Source: Cycas panzhihuaensis (lineage: Eukaryota > Plantae > Cycadophyta). From it: a stretch of DNA of 64,000 nt. The notes under the pieces were generated by a model. That model had not been told where the DNA came from, searched no databases, and saw only the letters and a list, made by a program, of their open reading frames with translations. Made by a program: the position numbers and the translations under genes. The stretch spans positions 192,269,741 to 192,333,740 of the forward strand of contig CM041465.1 in NCBI GenBank assembly GCA_023213395.1. The letters run 5' to 3'. Positions 11,880-24,836 of the stretch are shown piece by piece. Each line of letters opens with the position of its first letter. Within the stretch, counting starts at the first letter, position 1.

Positions 11880-14870
11880 ACCGAATGGTGCAAACATTTA
11901 GCATGTTTATGGCAGCCATATTTCGGTTTATAAAAGCTTGAAGCTAGCAGATAACCTGGAAACTCAAAGCTTTCGTCGCTTAAGTTCCACCTTCTAACGA
12001 AACCAACAGTCATGATCTTACTAGAAGATCCAATAACTGAATGGAATGATGAGGAGCTATGAGGATCAATGCCTCTACAAGTTGGATGCAAATAATATAA
12101 CACTTAATTCTGCTTACTCTGGTTCCATTGTCACTCCTTACTTGTCCAAGATGCAACTTTGGCATCAACGTCTACGCCACTTGAGCTTAGACAATTTGAG
12201 ACAGATGATCAACAAGAACATGGTACATGGGCTTCCTAAGATTTATGGAACGAAATGTTTTTGCGAAATGTGCATTATGGAAACTCAGCATCGCTTGCCT
12301 TTCCCTAAAGGCAAAGCATGGCGTACATCACATCCTCTACAGCTAGTACATTCGAATTTGTGTGGACCTATGTCCACATATCTTTTGGAGGAGCTTTGTA
12401 TTACATCTCCTTCATTGATGACTTTTCTCACAAAGTCTGGGTCTATTTCATCAAACACAAATCTGAAGTATTTTCCAAGTTCAAAGAATTCAAACTTGAA
12501 ATGGAGAATGAGTCTGGTCATTCAATCAAAACATAAGGATAGACAATGGAGGTGAATTTACATCAAATGAATTCACCCAATACTACAAGGATAACGACAT
12601 TCGGAGACAACTGATTATACCTCACACTCCTCAACAAAATGGAGCCTCTGAACAAATGAACAGAACTTTGGCTAATAAAGCCAAAGCTATGATGCATGCA
12701 CAAGGACTCACTCGAGCTTACTGTGCAAAAGCATTTCACACAGTTGCCTATGTGGCCAATCGCAGTCCTACTACAATAGTCACCAACATGACACCCGAGG
12801 AGGCATGGTCTGGCAAAAAGCCTACTGTCAGCCATTTGATGACTTTTGGGTGCATTGCTTATATGCACATTCCCGATCAGCAAAGAAAGAAATTAAACAA
12901 GCATAGTCTGAAATGCATCTTTGTAGGATATGCCATTCACAACAAAGCCTACAAGTTGTATGATCCTATAGGGAAGAAAATGCATCTCTCAAGAGATGTC
13001 ATCTTTGCTGAAGAAGATCACAAGGAAGTGCAAACAGCATCCATGCAACCTCCCATTGACAAAGGCAAGAAGATTGTTGATGCCTCCTTCCCTCTCAATC
13101 ATCTACACCATGTTCATCATCTACACCAGCTAGACTATCTACTTCAACTGAACTTGTTCCACTTGATCCAAGTACATCTTCTATTGACCAACCACTTACA
13201 CCAGAAGATTTTGAGGTTCAAGCAACTTCAATTCAAAAGTTACCCAAATGATACACACAAACAGTTCAGGACGGTCACATCATTGAAGGAAAACGTCCAT
13301 CTAAATATCGACACCAACTAATTATGCACTGATGGCTGAAGTACTTTGTGTTGATAAGCCTTCCACTTTTGATGAGGCTTCTAAAAATGAAAATTGGAAG
13401 GCTGCCATGGATGAAGAAATCCATTTTATTGAAAAGAATGGTACTTGGAATTTGGTTGAATTACCTAAACACAAACATGCAATCAATTGCAAATGGGTCT
13501 ACAAGACCAAATTCCATTCTGATGGTTCACTTAAAAGGCAAAAGGCTCGCCTTGTAGCAAAAGGATTTAAACAAAAAGAATGCATAGACTATGAGGAAAC
13601 TTTTGCATCAGTGGCGAACATGAACACTATCAGACTCATCTTGGCCTTAGCTGCTCAATGCAAATGGCCTATTTATCAAATGGACGTGAAGAGCACCTTT
13701 CTCAATGGCGATCTTCAGGAGGAGGTGTATTTGGAGCAACCTCTCAGATACAAAGTACAAGGCAAGGAGCATTTTGTATATCGCCTAAAAAAAACATTAT
13801 ATGGCTTGAAGCAAGCTCCAAGGGCATAGTACTCAAAGATCGATAACTACTTCTTGAGACATGGGTTTCATCAATCTACTTCAGATCCTAATCTGTATAT
13901 TAAACATGAAAAGAACCATGTAATTTTTATTGCCTTGTATGTTGATGACTTAGTGATAACTGGTAGTGACACTAAGATGATTCATATTCTTCAAAATGAC
14001 TTAAGGAGACATTTTGAAATGACAGATCTTGGACTTCTCTATTATTTTTTAGGCTTTGAGATATGACAACAGCCAGGCTATATCTTCATCTCCTAAGTGA
14101 AATATTCTTGGGACATTTTGTAGCGGTTCAGGATGCACGACTGCAAATTAGTGTCTACACCTATGGAGAATGGATCCAAGCTTACTCTCAATGAGGAAGC
14201 TGCACCGGCAGATCCCACACTTTACCGGCAGTTGATTGGGAGTCTCATTTATCTCATCAACACTCGACCAGACATTTCATTTGCTGTTGAGATTTGCTCA
14301 CGTTACATGTCTCAGCCCAATCAGATACACTTGAATGCAGCCAAACGCATACTTAAGTACATCAAAGACACCTTGCAGCATGGCCTTGAGTATGCACATA
14401 ATGAGAACTTCACCGAAGGGTTCTCGATTCGATCAAGGTTGCCAAGATAGCAGTAGATCAACATCGGGATACTGTTTTTCCCGTGGTTCAGCAGTTGTTT
14501 CGTGGAGTTGCAAGAAGCAACTCAATGTTACATTGTCCTCCACCGCAGTAGTACAAAGTCGCAATCGCCGCACTGTGAGATTATCCGCCACGATTGATTA
14601 TTGGGGAACTTGACTTGGCAGGGTCACCCCACCAGTGATACATCATGACAATCAAAGTGTGCTCAAGTTAGCTAAAAATCCATTTTCATGCCAGACAAAA
14701 CACAATCAAGTTCATCATCAATTCATCGAGAGCATGTGCGGAATGGTGAGATCAACCTCCAAAGATGCACTCACAGAGGAGGAGATAGCAGAGATCTTTA
14801 CCAAGCCTCTTGGTAGAGAAAAGTTTGTAAAATTCAGAGATGGTCTTGGTGTCCGACTTAACATTATAAA
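11880..14870 (+). pseudogene. pol: Copia B pol (GAG-pre-integrase, integrase, RT, RNase H), frameshifted
   Basis: ORFs 12046-14889: [64 protein letters not shown]. Confidence 0.95.
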
Positions 14871-14883
14871 CAGTAAGGGGCGG

Positions 14884-15436
14884 TGTTAAACCTTATGTTT
14901 ACATGTTAAGATATTGTACTTTAATTTTCATGTAATATGTGTACTTTTTACGTTAGGGACGACTTATCACTTAAGTGATAAAATGCACACCCATATTTTT
15001 TCTAGTGACACAACGTTGTCACTAAAGGGTCAAATGGACCCTCATGCATTTTTGCTCACATGAAAGCCCAAAAGGACACATGTCCAACATGCAAGGCATG
15101 TATCTTGGATGTTTGACACTTGTCAAACATCCAAGGTCTTAGGTCTCTCATTTCACTCTATATAATAAAACATCTTCTCATTGTCTCATAAGAGAGTTAG
15201 AACTATATTGTTATGCTGTCAGTTTGCTAATCAAATTGTTCATTCTTTGGAGATTAGACCAATTCTAATTCCACATATTGGGTATCATTTTCTCTTCCTT
15301 CTTCATTTGTGCTTTGTCTCTTTGCTCTCTATTTTCCTTGAAATTATTATACTTGTTTGTATTTGTGCAACTAGAACTAGAGTGATCATAGTTTCTAGAT
15401 CTTTGAACTGTTGAGGCCATCTAGCCTCTTTTCACA
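14884..15436 (+). repeat. 3' LTR of Copia B
   Basis: Follows PPT; direct repeat of 10470-11021. Confidence 0.95.
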
Positions 15437-15889
15437 ATTACCCTCCCCATTTAGAGGCTATTACAAATGTTATAAACATTTTGTATTGTATGTTTAATAT
15501 TTATTTAACATGATAAAGAATTTAATTTTATAATAAAGATTACAAACAACAATTTAATTAAAAGTGGAGATAAGCCAAGTAAAAAGTTCTTAATCAATAT
15601 CCATTTAAGAAGGTCATCTAATATTTATTTAACGTGATAAAAAATTTAATCTTGTGACAACGATTACAAACAACTTCTTAATTAAAAGTGAGGATGAACC
15701 AAGTAAATGGTTCTTAATTAATAGCCATTTAATAAGGTGGTCTCCTTTTGTTATTTCTTTTGTTAAAATAAATACTTCTATTAATAAAAATTATTACACA
15801 CTATCATAAGGATCCTAAACTAGCTCATTTATATTTAATTATTATTTAGTAATTTGTAGAAGATAGCTCCGTGAAGTCACCTATCTTGT

Positions 15890-16900
15890 CCCTATAAATA
15901 CGGAAACCCCCATATCCAAACATATGACTATTATTATTTAGAAAATGGATTAGGTCTTAAACTTGACACTTCGGCGTTCGGCATTCTATTCCTTTTGTTG
16001 CTATACATTTACATTTGGTTCATTCCACGGACTTGACACTCCAAGTGCTTGGCTTTTGCTGCCCCTGTCATTGTGTTATCTATTGTTGTTGATGAATATA
16101 TTATGTTTTTGCTGTCTCACTGTTAATTTTTTTGTGGACAATTATTTACTAGCTATGTACATACTATAGCTGCTAGGTGATTATGATTTACTGCTGAAGA
16201 ATTAGCAAAGAATTATTGTTTATTCTCTGAAATGCTGTCTTAGGTCCGCCGCGTCTGCTCTCGGGCGGGGCATCCCGTGCTTTGGGAAGAAGCTATTCAC
16301 CATCACGACTTTAGTGACAGATCTTTGGTGGAGTATTGTGTTCCGTGTGCGAAGGCAATCCACAGAGGTGCATTAGATTTACGTTGGATTCAACACACGG
16401 TCCATCGAAATCCAGGACAAGGGGCTGCTAATGTCTGTCCACGGATGTAGGGCAAATGTCTCTCACGAAATGCAGCACATATATCAGAAATCTGAAGACG
16501 GATGTCGGAAACATTCTGCAGATACGGAGACAATTGAATTCGACGGATGTCACGGTAGGTACGCCGGGAAGGAGACCAGCACCCAAAGACACAGGCGGGT
16601 GACGCACTTGAATACACGACTTTTGGATATGAAGCAATCCCGAAGTTCTGTAAACAATTCAACGAGAGATGGAAAGAGGGTCGGTTTTATCGGGGTTTGA
16701 ATAATTGATCCAACCGTTAAGACCATTTTGAGGAAGCGAACGCAGACTTCAAACCACGCAACTCAGGCCCCAGAGTAGACCCTAATCCCTGAGAGCTTAT
16801 GCAGTACTTTAAATCCAATAGATATCATATCAAATGCCACGATCACAGTACCAAAGCTAGCACACAACGGTCGGTCGCTTAAGGACAAAAAAACATCTCT
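15890..16900. other. CpG-rich non-TE island; possible promoter or 5' part of an unannotated transcript
   Basis: CTATAAATA at ~15892; T-rich intron-like tract ending TTAG at ~16243; CpG-dense 16244-16880 in a CpG-depleted background; telo-box-like ACCCTAA ~16779; no recognisable protein. Confidence 0.35.
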
Positions 16901-18459
16901 GACCAAATTGTTGTTTTTTCGTTTTTTATGTTGATTTTTTTTAGTTTTTTTATTGAAAAAGTTTTCCAAATTTGCCCCAGAGTTTTAGCAGATGGTTACA
17001 TGCAAAACAATTGAAACAATCATAAAGAGGTTAAATTCCAAGTTTTCAGGTTATTGTTAATTTTTTAGTTGTAACAGTATCGGATTCTTGATCCATTAGT
17101 TGCTTCGAAAAGGCAGCATTGACACTATCAAACTGAGTGGCTACAAGATTATATTAGATTTTGATTTATAGCATATTTTAAGGTCAAAGTCAAGGTGTGG
17201 GTTTTCTTTTTTTTTTTTTTTCTCTCGAGAAAACTATGTAGATATTCCTATATTTTCATTGGAGATAAAAACCTCAATCCAAATCCATGGAATGGTTGGA
17301 CATGATGAAAGTACTTTTTGAAATCACACTTCAAATATTAAAACAAGAATTTGGTCTAGGTATTAAGCTATATTTGGATAGCAACTTTTGTGAATGGTTT
17401 TCAAATATGTTTTCAATTGGAATGATTAAAAAAGTAGTTCTAAACAGCGTTCTTCATATTTTTTTGATGAAAGAATTAAAAAGTGGCAAATGAACACTGA
17501 CATTAGTATATTGAAAATGTTTTTATGAGTTTCTAAGAAAAATGTTTGAGAGGAAGACTAGGAAAAAAGGCAGTAGGGAACCTTAAATCAAGAATGCAAA
17601 AAACATTAGAGAAATTGATGGCTAAATCGGAAAATCTAGATGAACTTGGTGAGGAGCCTATTTGTGAACAACATGATGAAAAGTCCCGTGACATGTAGTG
17701 GACAAGCAACATAACACCCACTAGTGAGCAATACAAAGAAGAATCCAAGGGACAAAACAACTTTAAGAAGGTACTTGCTTTAAATCCAAATTTTGTTCTA
17801 CACTTACCAATTTCATTTCATTGTTTCCTTGGTCATCTTGAGTTTCCATGTTCTAGAGCCTTAGAAAAGTCTTCATACCATCTTCAACAATATCTCATAA
17901 CTGATTTAAAACCTAAAGCCTTCAAATCCCATCTCATAGTAGGGAAAATTTTGATCTCATTTAAAACCCCTCATTGTATCTCATCCCCTAAGAAATCTCT
18001 CTTTCCTCATCATAATGTTCCTCATCTTCCACTCTACTTTCACCAAGTTTCATCTCTTAGATCTATGAGAATACATCCATTTTACGAAGGCTTACTTTTT
18101 CTCTCTATATATCTTAAATCACCTTACAAGCAACCTTCTTAGCTCCCACCATGTCTCTCACTTATCCCTATGCATCATCCTACATATCTTTTTTATATGC
18201 CCCTATCAAAACCTCTTTCCCATAAAAAATGCCTAGCCCTTGACCCTTTTTTGTCTCCTATAAAACCCTCATTCCCTAAGCTTGCTTATAAATCTCATCT
18301 TGTTTATCCTCCATTTCCTATACTATCATCCTCCTTATCCATAAATCTTTTTTTTTTTAATTTATTATCCATCCTCAATCTTATATATCCCATTCTCTAT
18401 TCAATTCCTCATGTATGCTACCTCCTAATTTCCCCCCTAATATAACTCATTATTATTGG

Positions 18460-20040
18460 TGTGAAGACACCACAAGAAGAGAGAAGCATGCAGAAATCTG
18501 GAGTGCCATTCTATTAAATTCCTCAAGTATAAATACATGAGTGGGAGGTTCGCATGATGGACACTCGTTGGCTATGTATTACCTACTATTTGCACAATAA
18601 GGAAAGAATCAAGAAGAAAAAAGAATAACAAAGGAAAGAATAACTATTCATCAATTCCTCCCTAATGAGAAGAAATTGTTCATAATTTCTACTAAAGATG
18701 GAGAAAATTGTGGACGAAAGTTGCTTTTGAGATCCACTTGGCTTGTGTGGGTCGGGCTCCTTTTCTACCAATGAGGTATGTGGTGGTGAGCTTCTGTCAG
18801 GTGTGTCGTCTGGTATCCAACAAAGTATCTTCCTGCAGTGGTGGTTGAAAATCTAGAATAATATTTGATGGATGTCTGGGAGAGGGTTCAGTTTCTAACT
18901 GTGGGGGTTCATATAATTTTAATTGGTTGATGTTTACTACATTATGAATTTCTAAGTATGCAGGAAGTCGAGTTGATAAGCATTGGGGTCGACTTGTTGA
19001 AGGATGGTATAAGGTCAAAATCTTATAGGTTTGAACTTGTGATGGTGTTTGAACCTTCGTCTATCCAAGTGGAGCCAAACTTTGTCACTGACGTTGAAAC
19101 TAGTTGAGACTCGATGTTGATTATGTTGAGTCTTGTAGTTTTCCTGAGTTTGATGTAGTATCTGTTGGATTGATGTGTGTAGGCTTGAAAGATGCTCAAT
19201 GAATCTGGTGGCCTTTTGTTGTTCCCTGTCTTCATACTTGGTGGCTAGAGATGGTAATGCTAAAGGAAGTTCGTAGGGGGTTAGAGGTTGGTAGCCGTAA
19301 CTAGCTTCAAATGGAGAGTGTCATGTTGATCAATGAACTGGTCGATTATAGCTATGCTAAATATGGTGGAGCTATATATCCCATTGCTGATTATGAAGCT
19401 GAGAAATTCTGAGAGCTTGAATTAGTGTCCTGTTAACCACTTCAATTTGGCCATCTATGGATGGAAGGATATAGAGAACGTGAGTTGACATCTGAGCATA
19501 TTCTATAAGGATTGCTAGAAGTGACTCAAGAAATGGCTATCCCTATCTGAGATGATAGAGAGTGGCAATCCAAATGAGTCTAGACATGTTGGAAAAAGAG
19601 AGCGGTAGCCTATGTGGCAGAGATCTCCTTTTTACATTGTATGAATATGGCCATTTTGGAGAATTGGCATACAACAACAAAGATGCAGTCATTGCCATGT
19701 TGTGTGGTGGCTAGTCCACTAAGGAAGTCCATTGAAATTGGTTCCCATGGTTGGGTTGGGACTGGTAATGGCTAATAAAGACCGAACTTCCTATCAGTTG
19801 GCTTAGATTGATTGCATAGGGAGCATTGTCGGATGTATACTTCGACCATTTTCTACATGGATGGCTAGTAAAAGTATTATTGCAAATGTTGAAGTGTCTT
19901 TTGAGTCCCAAAGTGACCATTATAGGAGGATGAGTGGGCTTCTTTAAGAAATTGTTGTGGTGCACCAGTAGGTACGTAGAGCTTATTAAGTTTGTATAAC
20001 AAGTCATCCTTAATGTGGTAATCCAAGTAAGGTTCTAGAT
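18460..20040 (-). mobile_element. Ty3/Gypsy (chromovirus-like) 3' fragment: integrase, chromodomain-like tail, PPT, 3' LTR
   Basis: EAHSSSYNGHFGTQKT (HHCC), [49 protein letters not shown]; PPT AGGGAGGAAT then TGATG; LTR ~18653 down to ~18460. Confidence 0.8.
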
Positions 20041-20050
20041 TTGCAGACCT

Positions 20051-20274
20051 GTTCTGATACCATGTTAGAACACTCAATGAATCTAAGAAAGCAACGATTC
20101 AATAAATTGATGAGGAGATAGAAACTCTCATATAAACACATCATGTGTACATAAAGAGGCTAGTGCATGTTGGCCAAGTGTCAATAATACATTAAAGAGG
20201 GGTTGGACACATAACCCTCAACTTTCCTTTAGAAAACATTACAATACAAAAGATAGAACATTATTTCTGTAACC
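20051..20274 (-). repeat. Copia-A-family 5' LTR plus PBS with the internal region lost
   Basis: rc PBS GTTCTGATACCA 20051-20062; LTR 20063-~20274 shares CCAAGTGTCA..ATTAAAGAGGGGTTGGACACATAACCCTCAA..AAAAGATAGAACATTATTTCT with the A LTRs. Confidence 0.85.
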
Positions 20275-21904
20275 AATCTCCTTTTGAAAATTGTGGTGTC
20301 CTTTGGTGGCATTTGTGCCATGCTTTTGGTCTTATTTTCTCTACATGCTACAACAATTCTGCTCTGTGGCATGTTTCCTCTAATTGCAATAGTTGCCACA
20401 GTCATTCTCTCAAGGACTCTTCATCGTCCAGCTGGCAGGCCAAGATTATATGCAAACTCGGTATCTTGAATTCAACTAGAAGAATGGCTTCCATTTTGTA
20501 AACCAATCTAAAAGGGGTTTGGTTTGTTGCTCTTGTGTAGGTTGTGTGGAAGGCTTATAACATTGATGGAAGCTTCTCGACCCAATTTGACCTTTCCACG
20601 TCATAAATTTTCCTTAAACAATTTTTGATAATCTTGTTGGAGCTCTCTGCTTGATCGTTAGCCCTGGGATAATATGGTGTTGATTTCTTGTGGCTAATCA
20701 CAAAGATTGGTATTAATTTCTTCAATCAGCTAGTTTAAGAAGTGTGATCCTTGATCACCGACAAGTTCCAAAGGGCACCTGAACCGTGTTGTGATCACTT
20801 CATATAAAAAACTTATCGTGCTTTCTACATCTATGTTCTAAAGTGGCTTAGCTTCGGCCCACTTCATCATGTAATCTATGGCCACCAAAATATATCTAGA
20901 TTAGGATTGGCATGCTATAGGTTGAATGGGTCCAATGAAGTCAAGGCCCCATTTCTCAAATGGTGCTAGAGGTAATACGCGTTAATAGTTGGAAATCTTG
21001 ATTCTTTGGCTTCCATATCTATCTATTGACATTGGTCACACTTCTTTACCCATTCGTGTATATCCTCAAACATTGTTGGGCACCAAAATCTAAAGGTCAA
21101 TACTTTCCTCCCAAGTATTTTTTAATCCAGTGTGTCCATTGACTATACCTTCATGAGACTGCGTGATGATCTAATGGATTGCCTGTGATCGTACACAACA
21201 ATGTAGCACATCATCAAGGCCTAGACGATATAATTCTCCTTGAATGAGTTGATAAGGCTCTGCTTTACGAATGAAGTGTCTCTTTTCTACTTTGTTCAGT
21301 TATGATGGCAATTCCCCTATGGCTAGATATTCAGGTATTCCTTCATACCATCCTATCGGAACAACTTCAATGCTAAATAGTGTGGCATCAAGGAAATCAT
21401 CTCCTATTGCCATAGCATTCCCTCCATTTTGTATACAAGATTATTGATTCAGAATGATATAGGCTTTCTTGAGTTTGATGACGATTTTAAAACTGAATTC
21501 TTGAAATAACATTAGCTATCTACTAATGCGCCCTCTTAACAATGGCTTATTAATCAAGTACATAAGGTCTTAATGGTCCACATAGAAAATAAAGGGATTG
21601 GATAGTGAGTAATGGTGAAACTTCTACAAAGCATATACCATCCCCAATCCCTCTCTCTTCGTAATTGCATAATTTTGTTTTGCTCTTGTTAGTTTTTAGC
21701 TTGCAAAGTAGATTGAATGATCAATGTTATTTTCTCATGGTTGAGCTAAAACACATCTAATGGCAAATTGTGAAGCATCCACATGCACATGAAAGATTTT
21801 ATTCCAATCATGAAATCATAAGAATGGTGCAGATTCTATGGCCCTCTTTAAGGATTCAAATGCTTCTTGTTGCTTCAGTCCCCATCCCCATTCCACATCC
21901 TTTT
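20275..21904 (-). pseudogene. pol: Ty3/Gypsy (non-chromovirus, Athila/Tat-like) RNase H-integrase remnant; host of the large nest
   Basis: FHVHVDASQFAI, APFEKWGLDFIGPIQP, ILVAIDY..KWAEAK, RFRCPLELVGDQGSHF, STPYYPRANDQAE. Confidence 0.85.
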
Positions 21905-24836
21905 TGTTAAAAAATAGAGCCCATCATACACAGGTCCAGGATGAATAACAATATTATGAGACTAAACTACAAGTGGAAATAAATAAAAAAACATAAATAT
22001 GTACAAACACAATACATCTTGTCGGAAATGGCCACCTCCAAATTGTGTTATTCAAACCATACATATTTATAGTACAATACACCATATAGTTGTCCAATCA
22101 CATCCTAGGAGCCACTAGGTCAACCAATGACCAACATTATGAAGAAGTGTGAGCATTATGACCCCCTAGTGCACATTAAAGAGTTCTCATTGATTTAATT
22201 CATGGGTTATCATTACCCAACATTTCCCCTTTAATGCTAAACCATGTCACATAACTGCTTCATAACTTGATACTAGGTCCGTATAAAAGCTAAACATCTA
22301 CCAGAACACATGAGCAAGTAGCTGTTGTATCTGCCAGTCCTCTAGAATGACTTTCTCGTACATGGTTCACCAACATTTGCCTGCCAAGCAAGCTTTCCTG
22401 CTCCCATTTTGTCTGTTTCTAGCTTTTTTAGCTGAGGTTGCACTTCCAAAAGACAAACTGAATTGAAAACCCTCAACCCCATCCACTACACCATGGAACA
22501 AACACACATAAATGGTTATCCAAACAGAACCATGTGACATAACACTTCATTTTTAAGGCACACAAGCTCCATTTTAGCACCTTGTCAAACATGTCCAAAC
22601 ATCGGACCATTAAAATTGCCTTGCAAAATCTTCAAAACATATCATGTGACCGCTAGTTGGAAAGCCTCGTGAATCAGCTTCACATCACAACTGACAACAC
22701 TTTATTCTAATTCCATATAAGAGAGATACAACCCTTTCTGTGAGCATAGGTTCAAATTTTCATGAAAAAGGTGAAAAATTAGAATAAACACTTTTCATTC
22801 TTTTGAGCGCCCAATTCCTATTACATCTAATTTTTCCAAAATACAGTTGCTAAACACAAATCTGAGCATAAATTTCACAAGGATACATAACAACAACCTC
22901 ACCCACAAAGAAAGATATCTCAAAAAATGATAAAAGATGGAGAAAAATCATCTAAGAGCCCAATATGCATCTTGCTAAAATATTTTTACTTTAACATGTA
23001 TAAAAACACCATACGCAAACCCTCCACCAAACGACAACCTCACACAAGTGATTAGAATGCTCAACAAATTGCTCTCAATCTGCCATAAGGGTTTTAAAAA
23101 CTAGTGTATGCATCCACCAACACTAAGCATCAAACCCTTCACCCTATTGATAAGTTCCTTCTCTAACTTATGAGCTTGTTGTTGTACACACTTGCTAGAT
23201 AGCATAAACCCATACATAGGTTCACACAATCAACAAATTCTCCTTATTGCCCTAACATGCTAGTATCATCTTCATGGGCCAAACCTCCATTTGTTGCACT
23301 TATCATGCCCAAAACCCTTGTCAGTTGGAGACCCTTTAACAAAGGGCAAAACTGTAGTCTACCTGCCACAAACTAGCTTCACAGAGTGATCAGGCCTATT
23401 TTTGAAGCCTCATTCTTGGACTCACGTGCATGTATACTAGCAAAAATGTGTAAAAAACTAGTCCAAAAACAAATAAAACCATGCGACAAATCTTTGTGGA
23501 ATTCGTGATGACCACACCACCTACGGTCCTGGCTAAATTTACACCACTGAGGCACCAACACGCCCCAAGCTCATGACACCAACATGATCCAAGTGCCCTA
23601 CTCAGTTGTGGTTTGAAAGTATCCACAAAATCATGCAATAGATCTTCATCAAGAAATAGACTGAGCCCCCTTACTGGTCACAAACAAACATATGAAAAAC
23701 AAGCTCAACATAAAACCCTTGATAGTTGGACACACTGTCATAATCTCACAACCTAACTAGGATCAGTAAACAAGCTTGGATACCAATTGTTAAAAAAAAA
23801 GAACCCATAAACACATTAATACACACACAAATCCAAGATCAATAACAAGATTATGCGACAAAACTACAGGTGGAAATAAACAAAAGAACATAAATATGTA
23901 CAAACACAATACGACATCTGTTAGAATGTAATGTTTTATCTTATGTCATAGACATTCAATATATGTAACCGACAGACACGTGTCCTTTAGATGTATTTCG
24001 GTTACAAGTCGGTTACAAACCCTAATTGTATTTATTCACTTGAGCTCTTAATGATAATCATCAAGCATTCTTCATATATCTTTTGTCTAACATTCTGACA
24101 TGGCATCAGAGCAGGTTATTCTGCCTGATTAAAAAAGGGTCTCTACAATATCAAGTGAGAGAGATAAGTGCAATCTCAGACAAGCTGTGAAGGAGAAAGA
24201 CAAGGTCTTCAAACAAAGTTGGAGCAAAGAAGGAGATAGACATCTAGAAAAATAAAAGGAGGCGGCAAGAAGACCAAACAAGCAGGATCAGAGCATAAAG
24301 CAAGTACAAAGATGACCGTACAGTCGTAGCCGTATGGACTTGAAAAATTCAAGTTCTCAAAATTCAACAAAATTCACCCAAATCGTAGATCTCGATGTCC
24401 TCTTCATATTTCTCTTCTACCACGAAGTGATCCGAGGTCTTTTGAGGGGGTTTTAACCCATTTACCAGCCGCACAGGTCTACAAAGGTTTTTGAAGATTT
24501 TCTCAGATCTGAGCAAATCTCTAAGTAATCTCAGACTAAAACTCTTTGTTTGGAGTATACAAATCATTTGAATGCTTTTGTGGAGAGTTTTTTTTAAGGA
24601 TTTGCAAAGATATTTTTATATTTGTGAGAAACCCTAGTCGTCAATTTAGAGATTTCAGGCCAGATTTTTCTCAAATCAATGGTTGTCTTAGAAAATTAAT
24701 TTCAGATCTTTAATCTACTCTCCAAGATCTTTCTTTTGAAATATGTCTCATCCCCATCCGTACAATTCGGGTACCATATGGAAATTCGCGTTGTTGTACG
24801 ACCTAGGGCTCCCAGAACACTCTTTTGTCCTTAGAA

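Larger units (their letters stand above)
10470..15436 (+). mobile_element. Ty1/Copia LTR retrotransposon B with inverted, truncated gag
   Basis: LTRs 10470-11021 and 14884-15436 (TG..CA); PBS TGGTACTAGAGC 11024-11035; PPT AAGGGGCGG 14875-14883; TSD GTTAC/ATTAC. Confidence 0.95.

Noticed and set aside
16390-16700. Overlapping 69-90-aa ORFs as a protein-coding gene
   Set aside because: No recognisable homology; such ORFs are expected in locally GC-richer DNA
17790-18450. Pyrimidine-rich ORFs, possibly a LINE 3' remnant
   Set aside because: Too degraded; no diagnostic motif
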